From an uncultured virus (IMG/VR IMGVR_UViG_3300001784_000008) (Duplodnaviria > Heunggongvirae > Uroviricota > Caudoviricetes), in the IMG/VR virus record IMGVR_UViG_3300001784_000008: a stretch of DNA of 64,000 nucleotides; one strand, given 5' to 3'. This document shows, one piece after another, positions 47,956 to 58,031 of the stretch. The number at the start of each line of letters is the position of its first letter. Position 1 is the first letter of the stretch. The translations under genes were made by a program, and so were the position numbers. The notes beneath the pieces are model-generated. The model worked only from the letters and a program-made list of their open reading frames with translations, had not been told where the DNA came from and searched no databases.

Positions 47956-48141
47956 ATGATCCTGATGATACTCGCACCACTCGTTGGTGTGCTGGGGGCT
48001 ATTTTGCTCTCGTTCGGTGCCTGGGTAATTTACCATCCTGCAGGCTATATCACTGGCGGAATTCTGTGTCTGCTCTGGTCATGGCTGGTATCTCACTCTC
48101 TTTCCGGTAACCGGAAAACTGAGCCAGGGGGAACTGACTGA
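47956..48141 (+). CDS. Small membrane protein between terL and portal
   Basis: Two hydrophobic segments; TGATG coupling to portal. Confidence 0.7.
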   Translation: MILMILAPLVGVLGAILLSFGAWVIYHPAGYITGGILCLLWSWLVSHSLSGNRKTEPGGTD

Positions 48142-49370
48142 TGTTTTTCCCTGGAATGTTTACGAAAAGTACCGCATCCGTTACTACGCCAGCAGAACTT
48201 GCAGAAGCCGTTGGGATGACTTACGACACCTACACAGGTAAACGCGTCAGTAGCCAGAAAGCCATGCGGCTTACAGCAGTGTTTGGTTGCATCCGGGTTC
48301 TGGCTGAGTCGATGGGCATGCTTCCCTGTAACCTTTACAAGGTCACCGGGAACAGTAAGCAAAAAGCGACTTCTGAGAGGCTGCACAAATTACTGACGAT
48401 GAAGCCAAATGACTACATGACCCCCCAGGAGTTCTGGGAACTGGTCGTTGTCTGCCTTTGCCTTCGCGGTAATTTTTACGCCTATAAGGTAAAGGCGCTT
48501 GGTGAGGTAGTTGAACTTCTTCCGATTGATCCTGGGTGCGTTGAACCGAAGCTTAACAGTCAGTGGCAACCTGTATACCAGGTGACGTTTCCTGATGGTT
48601 CGACAGATGTACTGGGGCAGGATGATATCTGGCACGTCAGGACACTGACCTTTGACGGGCTGGTAGGCCTGAACCCAATTGCATACGCAAGAGAAGCAAT
48701 CTCTCTGGGAATGGCAACGGAGGAGCACGGTGCACGGTTATTCTCAAACGGAGCCGTTACCTCTGGTGTTTTGCGCACGGAACAAACGCTGACAGATGCA
48801 GCGTATGCAAGGCTGAAGAAAGATTTTGAGGATCGCCATCTTGGGCTAAGTAATGCTCACCGCCCGATGATTCTTGAAATGGGGCTCGACTGGAAGTCGA
48901 TGGCGCTCAATTCGGAAGATAGCCAGTTTCTTGAGACCAGAAAATTTCAGTTGGAGGAGATCTGCCGTTTATTCAGGGTACCGATGCATATGGTGCAGAA
49001 CACCGATCGCGCCACCTTCAGCAATATAGAAAACCTGGGCATTGGGTTTATCAACTATTCCCTCGTGCCGTACATGACCCGCATTGAGCAGCGAATCAAC
49101 ATAGGTCTGGTGAAAGATTCAAAGCAGGGTACCTATTATGCAAAATTTAATGCAGGTGCTCTGCTGCGTGGCGATATGAAGTCACGATTTGAGTCATATG
49201 CCACGGGAATTAACTGGGGCATCTACTCACCAAATGATTGCCGAGAACTGGAAGAACTCAACCCACGCTCTGGCGGTGATGTTTACCTTACTCCGATGAA
49301 CATGACAACGAAGCCGTCGGACAACAGCAAGAACAAAACAACCGAGGAAATATATGATGCCGATGACTAA
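48141..49370 (+). CDS. HK97-family portal
   Basis: AVFGCIRVLAES, GNFYA, ICRLFRVP. Confidence 0.95.
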   Translation: MFFPGMFTKSTASVTTPAELAEAVGMTYDTYTGKRVSSQKAMRLTAVFGCIRVLAESMGMLPCNLYKVTGNSKQKATSERLHKLLTMKPNDYMTPQEFWELVVVCLCLRGNFYAYKVKALGEVVELLPIDPGCVEPKLNSQWQPVYQVTFPDGSTDVLGQDDIWHVRTLTFDGLVGLNPIAYAREAISLGMATEEHGARLFSNGAVTSGVLRTEQTLTDAAYARLKKDFEDRHLGLSNAHRPMILEMGLDWKSMALNSEDSQFLETRKFQLEEICRLFRVPMHMVQNTDRATFSNIENLGIGFINYSLVPYMTRIEQRINIGLVKDSKQGTYYAKFNAGALLRGDMKSRFESYATGINWGIYSPNDCRELEELNPRSGGDVYLTPMNMTTKPSDNSKNKTTEEIYDADD

Positions 49371-50010
49371 ACAGCGGCTGGATATTCCGCTGAAGCTTAA
49401 GTCTGTCAGTGACAGCGGGGAGTTTGAAGGCTATGGCTCAGTTTTTGGTGTCAAGGACAGCTTCGACGATGTGGTTGTTCCCGGCGCATTCAGTAAATCA
49501 CTTCAGTCATGGCAGGAAAAAAACTCGCTTCCGGCCATGCTCTGGCAGCATCAGATGGATGAACCCATCGGGGTGTATACCGAAATGAAAGAGGATGAGG
49601 TCGGCTTATATGTCAAAGGCCGATTGTTGATTGACGACGATCCTCTCGCAAAGCGAGCACATGCCCACATGAAGGCCGGTTCTTTAACCGGCCTTTCTAT
49701 TGGCTACATGCTGAAAGACTGGGAATACGACAGAACGAAAGAAGTTTTTCTTCTTAAGGAGATCGACCTCTGGGAAGTCAGTCCGGTGACATTCCCGTCC
49801 AATGATGAAGCGCGTATCAGTGATGTTAAAAGCGCTGTTGCTCGTGGTGAAACACCGTCACAGAAATGTATTGAACGAGTCCTGCGCGATGTTGGGCTCT
49901 CACGCACCCAGGCCAAAGCATTCATGGCCGGGGGCTATGGCTCACTATCCCAGCGTGATGCTGGTGACGTGGTGAGCGCACTGGATGCACTGAAAAACAT
50001 CAAATTTTAA
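49363..50010 (+). CDS. HK97-family prohead protease
   Basis: FEGYGSVF, LWQH, GLSIGY, EVSPVTFPSN. Confidence 0.95.
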   Translation: MTKQRLDIPLKLKSVSDSGEFEGYGSVFGVKDSFDDVVVPGAFSKSLQSWQEKNSLPAMLWQHQMDEPIGVYTEMKEDEVGLYVKGRLLIDDDPLAKRAHAHMKAGSLTGLSIGYMLKDWEYDRTKEVFLLKEIDLWEVSPVTFPSNDEARISDVKSAVARGETPSQKCIERVLRDVGLSRTQAKAFMAGGYGSLSQRDAGDVVSALDALKNIKF

Positions 50011-50024
50011 TCAGGAGTTGAATT

Positions 50025-51233
50025 ATGACAGTCGAAATTAAAGACGTTGAGCAGGTCGCGCAGGATTTGCAGCAAAAATTCGATGATTTTAAAGCGAAAA
50101 ATGATAAGCGCATTGACGCTATCGAATCTGAAAAAGGCAAGCTGGCCGGAGAAGTTGAAACACTTAACGGCAAGCTGACCGAGCTTGATCAGCTTAAAAC
50201 CGCGCTGGAAGATGAGCTTAAACAGCTTAAACGTCCCGCTGGTGGCACTCAAAGCAAGGCCGCAAGCGAGCACAAAACCGCTTTCATCGACTTTATGCGC
50301 AAGGGTAAGGATGATGGACTTCGCGACCTGGAACGTAAAGCCTTGCAGGTAGGTGTTGATGAAGACGGCGGTTTCGCTGTTCCGGAAGAGCTTGACCGCG
50401 CCATTCTTGATCTTCTGAAAGACGAAGTGGTTATGCGCCAGGAAGCGACGACTATCACAGTCGGCGGCGCAAACTATAAAAAACTGGTTAACCTCGGTGG
50501 GTCCGCTTCAGGTTGGGTAGGTGAAACTGATGCGCGCCCTGCGACTAATGCCTCCAAACTCGGTCAGATTGAGCCTTTTATGGGGGAAATCTACGGCAAC
50601 CCGCAAGCCACTCAAACGATGCTGGATGACGCATTCTTCAATGTTGAAGACTGGATCAACAGCGAACTGGCGATTGAGTTTGCAGAGCAGGAAGAGATCG
50701 CCTTCACCAGCGGTAACGGGAACAAGAAACCAAAAGGTTTTCTGGCCTATGCATCATCACTGGATGATGATAAAACCCGCGCGTTCGGCACTCTTCAGCA
50801 CATTCTCTCAGGCGCTACCGCTGGTTTGACTGCTGATGCGATCATCAAGCTGGTTTACACCCTGCGAAAAGTACACCGTAACGGCGCTAAGTTCATGATG
50901 AACAACAGCAGTCTGTTCGCTGCTCGAATCCTGAAAGATTCTGAAGGCAACTATCTGTGGCGTCCAGGTCTTGAGCTTGGTCAGCCTTCGACTCTGGTCG
51001 GGTATGGCGTGGCTGAGAACGAACAAATGCCTGACATTGCGGCCGATGCTAAAGCAATTGCATTCGGTAACTTCAAACGTGGTTATACCATTGTTGATCG
51101 TATTGGCACGCGCATTCTCCGCGACCCGTACACCAATAAGCCATTTGTCGGCTTTTACACTACCAAGCGCACTGGTGGGATGCTGGCTGATTCCCAGGCG
51201 ATTAAATTGCTCCAGATTGGTTCCGGAGCTTAA
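50025..51233 (+). CDS. HK97-family major capsid protein
   Basis: Coiled-coil delta domain, DGGFAVPEE, GNKKPKG. Confidence 0.95.
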   Translation: MTVEIKDVEQVAQDLQQKFDDFKAKNDKRIDAIESEKGKLAGEVETLNGKLTELDQLKTALEDELKQLKRPAGGTQSKAASEHKTAFIDFMRKGKDDGLRDLERKALQVGVDEDGGFAVPEELDRAILDLLKDEVVMRQEATTITVGGANYKKLVNLGGSASGWVGETDARPATNASKLGQIEPFMGEIYGNPQATQTMLDDAFFNVEDWINSELAIEFAEQEEIAFTSGNGNKKPKGFLAYASSLDDDKTRAFGTLQHILSGATAGLTADAIIKLVYTLRKVHRNGAKFMMNNSSLFAARILKDSEGNYLWRPGLELGQPSTLVGYGVAENEQMPDIAADAKAIAFGNFKRGYTIVDRIGTRILRDPYTNKPFVGFYTTKRTGGMLADSQAIKLLQIGSGA

Positions 51234-51276
51234 TTAATCACGGGGGCGACAGCCCCCATTTTTACAGGATTAAGTT

Positions 51277-51615
51277 ATGTTAATACTTAAAAAGAATGTG
51301 AAGTGGTCCCCTGATGGCTGTCGCGTGGAAGTTGTTGCTGCTGGTTCTTATCAGGATGGCGAGTTGCCAGATCGCTTTTTAGTTATTGCGGAAGAGCTGG
51401 GCGTCATTGATACAGTTGAAGGTGGTGAAAAAAAACCTGATGCTGATCAGCAGCCAGAGCCAGCCAGAGCAGCCAGAGCAGCCAGAGCAGCCAGAGCAGC
51501 CAGAGCAGCCAGAGCAGCCAGAGCAGGCCAGAGCAGCAGAGCAGCCAGAGCAGCCAGAGCAGCCAGAGCAGCCAGAGCAGCCAGAGCAGCCAGCTCCACA
51601 GAAATCAAAAAATAA
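51277..51615 (+). CDS. Small head-region protein with (QPE)n tail; frame uncertain
   Basis: MLILKKNVKWSPDG then 9-bp repeat array with indels. Confidence 0.6.
   Translation: MLILKKNVKWSPDGCRVEVVAAGSYQDGELPDRFLVIAEELGVIDTVEGGEKKPDADQQPEPARAARAARAARAARAARAARAGQSSRAARAARAARAARAARAASSTEIKK
51451..51592 (+). repeat. Tandem repeat (CAGCCAGAG)n, about 15 units
   Basis: Direct count; three single-base interruptions. Confidence 0.95.
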
Positions 51616-51651
51616 ACCCGCTGTTAGCGGGTTTTTTGTATGGAGCAAAGC

Positions 51652-51972
51652 ATGTTTTCCAACTGTTCCAGAACTCAGGCTTCAGTGTCGAATTGATAGC
51701 GATGATTCGACTGAAGATCAGATGCTATCCCTTTACCTCAAAGCCTCAGGGAAGCATTCCGAAATCATTGTTAATCGCCGCCTCTATGAGAATGAAGTGC
51801 CCGCAGAAGACCCTGATTGGTTTGCTGGTAACTGATGATATTGGCTTTAATGCTTCTGGTTTCGCATTGGTATGAAAACCGTGAGCCAGTAAATATCGGG
51901 AATATCACAACCACATTGCCATTCGGGATTGAGGCAATTCTCAAGCCATACCGGATAAGGCCTGGTACGTAG
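51652..51972 (+). pseudogene. Head-tail connector (gp6-like), frameshifted as assembled
   Basis: Fragments ELRLQCRID, NRRLY and LLVSHWYENRE do not lie in a single frame. Confidence 0.75.
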
Positions 51973-51980
51973 GAGGGGAT

Positions 51981-52319
51981 ATGCAGGCTGGAAGACTACG
52001 GCATCTCATTACCATCCAGAACTTCACGACAACGCGGGATTCTTCCGGGCAACCGGTAGAGGAATGGGTAGACGGAGCGGACTCCCGAGCCGAAGTTAAA
52101 GGTATAAGTGGGCGTGAGCTGGTGGCTGCTGGTGCTGAAACAGCGGAGGCGACGGTGCGGGTCTGGATGCGGTATCGCCGTGATGTATCGGCAGCATCCC
52201 GCATTCTGGTGAAGACGGGACCGTTTAAAGGGTTAACCCTGAATGTAGTTGGGCCACCGATACCTGATGCTAAAGGTGTTCTGCTTGAGGTTCTCTGTAA
52301 GTTGGGGGTGGAAAAGTGA
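51981..52319 (+). CDS. Head closure / head-tail adaptor
   Basis: MQAGRLRHLITIQ, ISGRE. Confidence 0.9.
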   Translation: MQAGRLRHLITIQNFTTTRDSSGQPVEEWVDGADSRAEVKGISGRELVAAGAETAEATVRVWMRYRRDVSAASRILVKTGPFKGLTLNVVGPPIPDAKGVLLEVLCKLGVEK

Positions 52320-52765
52320 TCGGCATTAATCTCGATTTTTCCGGTCTTAATGAGATAGCCAAAGACCTGGAGGCTCTTAGCCGAGCAGAAAATAATAAAG
52401 TCCTTCGTGATGCAACCAGAGCTGGTGCAGAAGTACTGAAGGAAGAGGTGATCGCCAGAGCGCCGGTACGCACAGGTAAACTGAAAAAAAATGTGGTTGT
52501 GGTTACCCAGAAGAGCCGACGACGAGGCGATATTTCTTCTGGCGTTCACATTCGTGGTGTTAATCCCAATACGGGTAACAGCGACAATACAATGAAGGCC
52601 AACAACCCGCGCAATGCCTTTTACTGGCGTTTTGTGGAGATGGGCACTGCAAACATGCCACCACATCCTTTTATCAGACCTGCCTTTGATGTTCGGCAGG
52701 AGCAAGCAACGGAAGTGGCTATGAAGCGAATGAATCAGGCTATTGATGAGGCATTAAGCAAATGA
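52316..52765 (+). CDS. HK97 gp10-like tail component
   Basis: APVRTGKL, FYWRFVEMGT, PFIRPAFD. Confidence 0.9.
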   Translation: MIGINLDFSGLNEIAKDLEALSRAENNKVLRDATRAGAEVLKEEVIARAPVRTGKLKKNVVVVTQKSRRRGDISSGVHIRGVNPNTGNSDNTMKANNPRNAFYWRFVEMGTANMPPHPFIRPAFDVRQEQATEVAMKRMNQAIDEALSK

Positions 52766-53109
52766 CGGAAGATGATCTCTATCCATTACTTGCAACGCTT
52801 GCTGGTGGGCAGGTTTATCCCTATGTCGCGCCGCTCGGCAAAGACGGTAAGCCGTCAATTTCACCACCCTGGGTTATTTTTTCCATTATCTCTGATGTTT
52901 CTGCTGACGTTCTGTGTGGTCAGGCAGAATCAGGTATCTCTGTTCAGGTTGACGTGTACTCCAGCAAGGTGAAGGAAGCACGAGAAATACGGGATATGGC
53001 GCTTGAGGCCATTAAGATTCTTAAGCCAGAAAGTGTAATCAGAACGCCTGGATATGAGCCGGAGCTTCGCTACCACCGGGCAACACTGGAATTTCAGGTT
53101 ACCGTTTAA
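52762..53109 (+). CDS. Tail completion protein (DUF3168-like)
   Basis: GGQVYPYVAP, VQVDVYS. Confidence 0.85.
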   Translation: MTEDDLYPLLATLAGGQVYPYVAPLGKDGKPSISPPWVIFSIISDVSADVLCGQAESGISVQVDVYSSKVKEAREIRDMALEAIKILKPESVIRTPGYEPELRYHRATLEFQVTV

Positions 53110-53162
53110 TCCCACCACCAACATCAGGCCGCTTATGCGGTCTTTTTTTATCTGGAGAAATC

Positions 53163-53633
53163 ATGACCAGTAAGTATGAAGTCACTAAGGGGATGACATT
53201 TGCCGTCTCCGCCGCGCCAGTCTCTGCCGAAGATTTCAATTCCGCTACTTTCCCGGCAGCCGGTGTTACATGGCTGGAAGCAGCTTGTGCAACGAAGGAA
53301 ATCACCTATACCGGTGGTCAGAAAGGCGATATCGACGTTACCACACTGTGCTCGCTTGAGCAGGAGCAAACCAACGGACTTGCCGCCCCTGCTGAAATGA
53401 GCATTAATCGTAACTGGGTTGGTGATGAAGAGGCGCAGGAAGCACTTCAGACCGCTTATGAAAATGACGAACTTCGGGCCCTTCGTGTCAAGTTCCCATC
53501 AGGCAACGGTTTTTATGTGCTGGTAGAAGTTCGCCAGAGCTCATGGTCGGCTTCAACTTCTTCAGTTGTCGGTGCTACCTATTCGCTGAGGGTCCGTGGC
53601 AAACCAAAACGTATTTCTGCGTCTGGCTCCTGA
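53163..53633 (+). CDS. Major tail tube protein
   Basis: GGQKGDIDVTTLCS, VKFPSG. Confidence 0.88.
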   Translation: MTSKYEVTKGMTFAVSAAPVSAEDFNSATFPAAGVTWLEAACATKEITYTGGQKGDIDVTTLCSLEQEQTNGLAAPAEMSINRNWVGDEEAQEALQTAYENDELRALRVKFPSGNGFYVLVEVRQSSWSASTSSVVGATYSLRVRGKPKRISASGS

Positions 53634-53682
53634 GCGGCTTCGGCCGCTTTTTTATTTCCCCCAGTAATAAGAGAAGATTGAA

Positions 53683-54084
53683 ATGGATCAAAGGACATCA
53701 CTGAACTCACTCCGCAACATGGCGCTTACTGCATCGAAAGCCTACAGAACAAAACCTGGCGTTTCGGTTCCCGAATGGGATGGTGTGAAAGTCACACTAC
53801 GCGAACCATCTGGCGATGCCTGGGTAAAATTTCGGGAAATCGTGAACCCTCAGATCCCCGAAGGGGAAGAACCACCTCAACTGACCGAATCGCAGAAGTT
53901 TTTGCGAAACAAAGAAGCTGATGTCGTCCTGTTTATTGACGTTCTATTAGATGAGAACGGAGAGCGGGTTTTCACTGACGACGATCTGGAACAGGTTTCT
54001 AAAATTTACGGGCCAGTTCATACACGCCTGCTTGGCCAGGCGCTCGGGCTTGGGATGAGCCAGGAAGAAGCGGGAAAGCCGTAA
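53683..54084 (+). CDS. Tail assembly chaperone (G-like)
   Basis: VPEWDGVKVTLREPS; ends at GGGAAAG slippery site. Confidence 0.88.
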   Translation: MDQRTSLNSLRNMALTASKAYRTKPGVSVPEWDGVKVTLREPSGDAWVKFREIVNPQIPEGEEPPQLTESQKFLRNKEADVVLFIDVLLDENGERVFTDDDLEQVSKIYGPVHTRLLGQALGLGMSQEEAGKP

Positions 54085-54371
54085 AGCAGCCGCTGACCTT
54101 CTTCCTGATGTCGCTTGCGCTCCGGNTGGGGCGCACGCTTCATGAGCTGCGCCAGACCATTACAGCCAGCGAACTCAAAATGTGGATAGAGTTTGACCGC
54201 ATCAGCCCTATTGGCGACTGGAGAACGGATATCCAGGCGGCGCAAATATCCGTTGCGATGCTTAATTCTCAGGGTGGGAAATTCACTATTCCTGACGTGA
54301 TGCTGAAGTGGGGAGAGCAGGAGGAAGGCTCTGAAGTTTCTGAGCTTGAAGAATGGATTTCCAGTCTTTGA
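54075..54371 (+). CDS. Tail assembly chaperone extension (T-like, -1 frameshift)
   Basis: GGGAAAG 54072-54078 identical to lambda site; -1 frame open into LALRxGRTL. Confidence 0.85.
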   Translation, partial: KAVKQPLTFFLMSLALRXGRTLHELRQTITASELKMWIEFDRISPIGDWRTDIQAAQISVAMLNSQGGKFTIPDVMLKWGEQEEGSEVSELEEWISSL

Positions 54372-54405
54372 CGCCCGCGGCTGCGGGCTTTTTTATGGGT
54401 GAAAT

Positions 54406-57400
54406 ATGGCAACGCTGCGCGAGCTGATAATCAAAATTTCCGCGAACTCTTCTTCTTTCCAGTCAGAGATCAGTCGGGCATCCAGGATGGGAACGGATTA
54501 CTACCGCACTATGGAGCAGGGCGGGAAAAAGGCCGCAGCGGCCACGCGCGAAACTCAGCGCTCCCTTGCGGATCTGAACTCTCAACTTGCAACAGTTAAG
54601 TCGTCTGCTGCTGGTCTGATCGGAACTTGGGCGGGTGTTTTTGCAACGCATCAACTCATTGCTTATGCGGATACATGGAATCAGTTGAATGGTCGCCTTC
54701 GTCTGGCGTCCTCTTCTAGTGAGGATTACGCTGAGTCACAGCGGGTTTTGATGCAGCTCAGCCAGCGCACCGGGACATCGCTTGAAGCGAACAGTAACCT
54801 TTACAGCCGTATCGCTCAGTCGCTCCGGGATGCCGGTTATGCTTCATCAGACGTAGCAAAGGTGACGGAAACTGTTGCAACTTCACTGAAGTTATCTGGA
54901 GCCAGCACTGAGGAGGCCAGCTCTGTTATTACTCAGCTTAGTCAGGCTCTTGGTTCTGGTGTGCTGCGAGGGGAGGAGTTTAACGCCATTATGGAAAGTG
55001 GCGGAAGACTGGCCAAACTTCTTGCTGATGGTCTTGGTACGACTGTCGGCGGTTTGCGAAATATGGCAAACAACGGAGAACTGACCACAGATAAGATCAT
55101 CCCACTACTGACTAATGTTGAAATTCTCCGCAAAGAATTCGACACCCTTCCGGCCTCAATAAGTGGTTCGTCGCAAAAAGTACAAAACGCCTTTCTTGCC
55201 TGGGTTGGTGGGGCGAATGATGCTGTTGGTGCATCTTCCGCGCTTTCCGGTGTACTGGATGGTCTGGCGAACAATATAGATGATGTGGCAAATACGGCTG
55301 GGCTTCTTGTAGGTGTTGGTCTTGCCCGTTACTTTGGCAATATGGTAGGCAGCATTGGCCTGTCAACGCGCGCAGTAATTGCGAATACATCTGCAGAAGT
55401 GGCCCTGGCACAGGCTCAGGTTCGAGGCGCGCAGGTTAGTGTTGCTGCTGGACGTCAGGCAGTTTACCGAGCTCAGCAGGCGCGGGCGGCAGCAACCAGT
55501 CTTGAAGCACAAATTTTGGCAGAGCGTAATCTGGCAGCAGCGCAGGCTTCGCTGAATACCGCCCTTGCTGGCAGGTCATCAGCAGTTAATAACCTCACCA
55601 GTACAGCTTCGGTTATGTCACGTCTTGGTAGTGGAGTGCTGGGTATTCTTGGCGGCTGGCCTGGCGTTATTATTGGTGCCGGTGCGGCCATGTATGGCCT
55701 GTATCAGCACACCCAGCAGGTTCACCGTGAAGCAGTGGGCTTTGCCAACAATCTCGACGAGATAAACACCAAACTACAGCAAATGTCAGTGCTGGGGCTT
55801 CGCTCGACAGCCGCTGATGCCCGTACATCACTACAGGCTCAAAAGCAGGATTTAGCTGATCTCGATTCTCAGATTGCAAAAGTAAAGGATAGCCTGAAAG
55901 CGGTTGACCAAATCCAGCAGGATTACAATCGTCACCCAACGTTGACCCTGATTAATACCTTCATGGATCAGGCCGACATCACGGCAAAAAATGTTGAGTT
56001 AACTGATAAGCTGAACCAGCTTGAGTATCAGCGTGAACAGGCTGCCTCAAAGGTTGAACAAACACAGAAGTTGGTGAACGAAGCCAGCGACATGGCAACG
56101 CAAAAGGCTATCGAACAGGCAGGTGCCGTCTCAATTTTGAAAGGTGCGTATGACCTGCTTAACCGCTCAATGTCAGCGACCGCAGGCGCGAAGCCTCCAC
56201 AGTATGCCGGTCCTGTTGTTTCATTGGCGAACGCAACACCTCAGCAGCAAACCGCACTGGAGCGCTCACGCCGCGATAATGAGTTGGCCAGCTTAAGTGG
56301 TTTAGAGAAACTCCATCAGCAGCACGTCTACGAAGCTGAAGATCTGAAGCTGACTGGAGCGCTTTATACCAAGTACATCTACAACAAGGATCAGGCTGCC
56401 AAAAAGGATGCAGCAGCATCTGAGGCAAAAAAAACCTCTACCGCTGCATCGAATGCGCAGAGTAAAGCCGAGCGCGAAGCTGCAAGCACTGCCGAACAGT
56501 ATTCCCGCAAGATGGCAGACCTCAGCGTTGCTATTGATGTGCAGCGAGTACGGGCAACTGAGGGTGAAAAAGCCTCAGAGCTTTATGCCGCTTCGCATCA
56601 GGCCGGTACTAAATGGACTGATGAACAACGACGCGCGATTCAGGCGTCATCAGCAGAGCTGGCAAAGTGGAATCAACTGGCTGATGAAAACGTCCGCAAA
56701 CAGCGTGAGCAGGCCGATGCCCTGAAGGATTTGACTGAAGCGGCCAGAAAGTTCAGGGATGAAGCAACCCTGACGACTGAAACCGCAGGCATGAGTGATC
56801 GCCAGCGCAGCCGGTTCGACGAGATGCAACAGATTGACCGCGTTTTTGCTAAAACGGACGGCGGCACCGAAGCCATAGCACAGCGCGCCGCTGCCCTTGA
56901 TGCTCTGGATAAGAAATACAAGGCTATAGCCGCAGCTGAAGCGGATTGGATGTCAGGAGTATCACGCGGCTATGCCAACTGGTTCGATGAAATCAGTAAC
57001 GTATCCGGTACGGTTTCTGACGGGGTGAAAACCACACTCGACAGCGCGTTTGGTAACGTCACCTCAATGCTCGAAGGTAATAAAGTCAGCTGGAAAGCCT
57101 GGGGCGTCTCCGTGCTGCAGATCATCGAAAAGGTGGCCCTGCAGATGGCGGTCGTCAGCGCTATGGGTGGCGGTTCTTCAGGCTCTGGCATTCTTGGTTC
57201 ACTGGTTGGCGGAGTTGCCAGCTATTTCGGCGGCGGAGCAGCAGGCGCAGCGGCCAGTACGGGCACTGCGGTTTCTAACTATGGCACTAACTTCCAGTTT
57301 AACGCTAAAGGTGGCGTTTACGACTCACCATCCCTGAGTGCTTTCAGTAATGGGATCGTCAGAAACCCTACCATGTTTGCTTTCGCAAAAGGCGGGGCCG

Positions 57401-57690
57401 GAATCATGGGTGAAGCTGGGCCGGAGGCAATCATGCCGCTGACCCGCGCGCCGGATGGTTCTCTCGGTGTCCGTGCTGTCGGCGGCGGTGGCGGCCAGGC
57501 GACTTCTTCCGCCCCTCAGGTCTATATCAACATCGATGGGAACGGCAACACGTCAACCCAAACCTCAGCGGGCCTGGAGCAATTCGGTGCGGAGATCGGC
57601 AAGTTTGTGGATCAGCGGTACAAACAGAATCTCATGCGTGATATCCGCCCCGGCGGTGATATCTGGAATGCGACACGAGGAGGCCGCTAA
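54406..57690 (+). CDS. Tail tape measure protein
   Basis: MATLRELIIKISA, QLSQALGSGVLRGEEFN, MGEAGPEAIMPL; 1094 aa. Confidence 0.95.
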   Translation: MATLRELIIKISANSSSFQSEISRASRMGTDYYRTMEQGGKKAAAATRETQRSLADLNSQLATVKSSAAGLIGTWAGVFATHQLIAYADTWNQLNGRLRLASSSSEDYAESQRVLMQLSQRTGTSLEANSNLYSRIAQSLRDAGYASSDVAKVTETVATSLKLSGASTEEASSVITQLSQALGSGVLRGEEFNAIMESGGRLAKLLADGLGTTVGGLRNMANNGELTTDKIIPLLTNVEILRKEFDTLPASISGSSQKVQNAFLAWVGGANDAVGASSALSGVLDGLANNIDDVANTAGLLVGVGLARYFGNMVGSIGLSTRAVIANTSAEVALAQAQVRGAQVSVAAGRQAVYRAQQARAAATSLEAQILAERNLAAAQASLNTALAGRSSAVNNLTSTASVMSRLGSGVLGILGGWPGVIIGAGAAMYGLYQHTQQVHREAVGFANNLDEINTKLQQMSVLGLRSTAADARTSLQAQKQDLADLDSQIAKVKDSLKAVDQIQQDYNRHPTLTLINTFMDQADITAKNVELTDKLNQLEYQREQAASKVEQTQKLVNEASDMATQKAIEQAGAVSILKGAYDLLNRSMSATAGAKPPQYAGPVVSLANATPQQQTALERSRRDNELASLSGLEKLHQQHVYEAEDLKLTGALYTKYIYNKDQAAKKDAAASEAKKTSTAASNAQSKAEREAASTAEQYSRKMADLSVAIDVQRVRATEGEKASELYAASHQAGTKWTDEQRRAIQASSAELAKWNQLADENVRKQREQADALKDLTEAARKFRDEATLTTETAGMSDRQRSRFDEMQQIDRVFAKTDGGTEAIAQRAAALDALDKKYKAIAAAEADWMSGVSRGYANWFDEISNVSGTVSDGVKTTLDSAFGNVTSMLEGNKVSWKAWGVSVLQIIEKVALQMAVVSAMGGGSSGSGILGSLVGGVASYFGGGAAGAAASTGTAVSNYGTNFQFNAKGGVYDSPSLSAFSNGIVRNPTMFAFAKGGAGIMGEAGPEAIMPLTRAPDGSLGVRAVGGGGGQATSSAPQVYINIDGNGNTSTQTSAGLEQFGAEIGKFVDQRYKQNLMRDIRPGGDIWNATRGGR

Positions 57691-57692
57691 CA

Positions 57693-58031
57693 ATGGCTAT
57701 CGAAACTTTCACCTGGTGCCCACGGATTAACGCTGAGGCTGATACAAATTTCCGCGTCAGGAAAGCGAAGTTTGGCGATGGATATGAGCAGGTTTCCGGG
57801 GATGGATTAAACCCCAAAAGCCAGCAATGGACGCTCAATTTCACTGGTAATGAAGCCTACATTTTAGCCATCAGAAACTTCCTCGACAGGCATAAAGGAA
57901 CGAAAGCCTTTCAGTGGAAGCCCCCGCTTGAGCCTTTGGGTATGTATCGTTGTGAAACGTATAAACCCACCGGGCTGGGGGCGGGAAAATTTAATCTTGA
58001 AGTAACATTTATACAGGCATTCCGACCATGA
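57693..58031 (+). CDS. M: Minor tail protein M
   Basis: VRKAKFGDGYEQ. Confidence 0.9.
   Translation: MAIETFTWCPRINAEADTNFRVRKAKFGDGYEQVSGDGLNPKSQQWTLNFTGNEAYILAIRNFLDRHKGTKAFQWKPPLEPLGMYRCETYKPTGLGAGKFNLEVTFIQAFRP

Noticed and set aside
51451..51592. CRISPR array
   Set aside because: 9-bp head-to-tail units without spacers, and no cas genes
51379..51648. Cys-rich (CSG)n minus-strand protein
   Set aside because: Reverse translation of the 9-bp repeat
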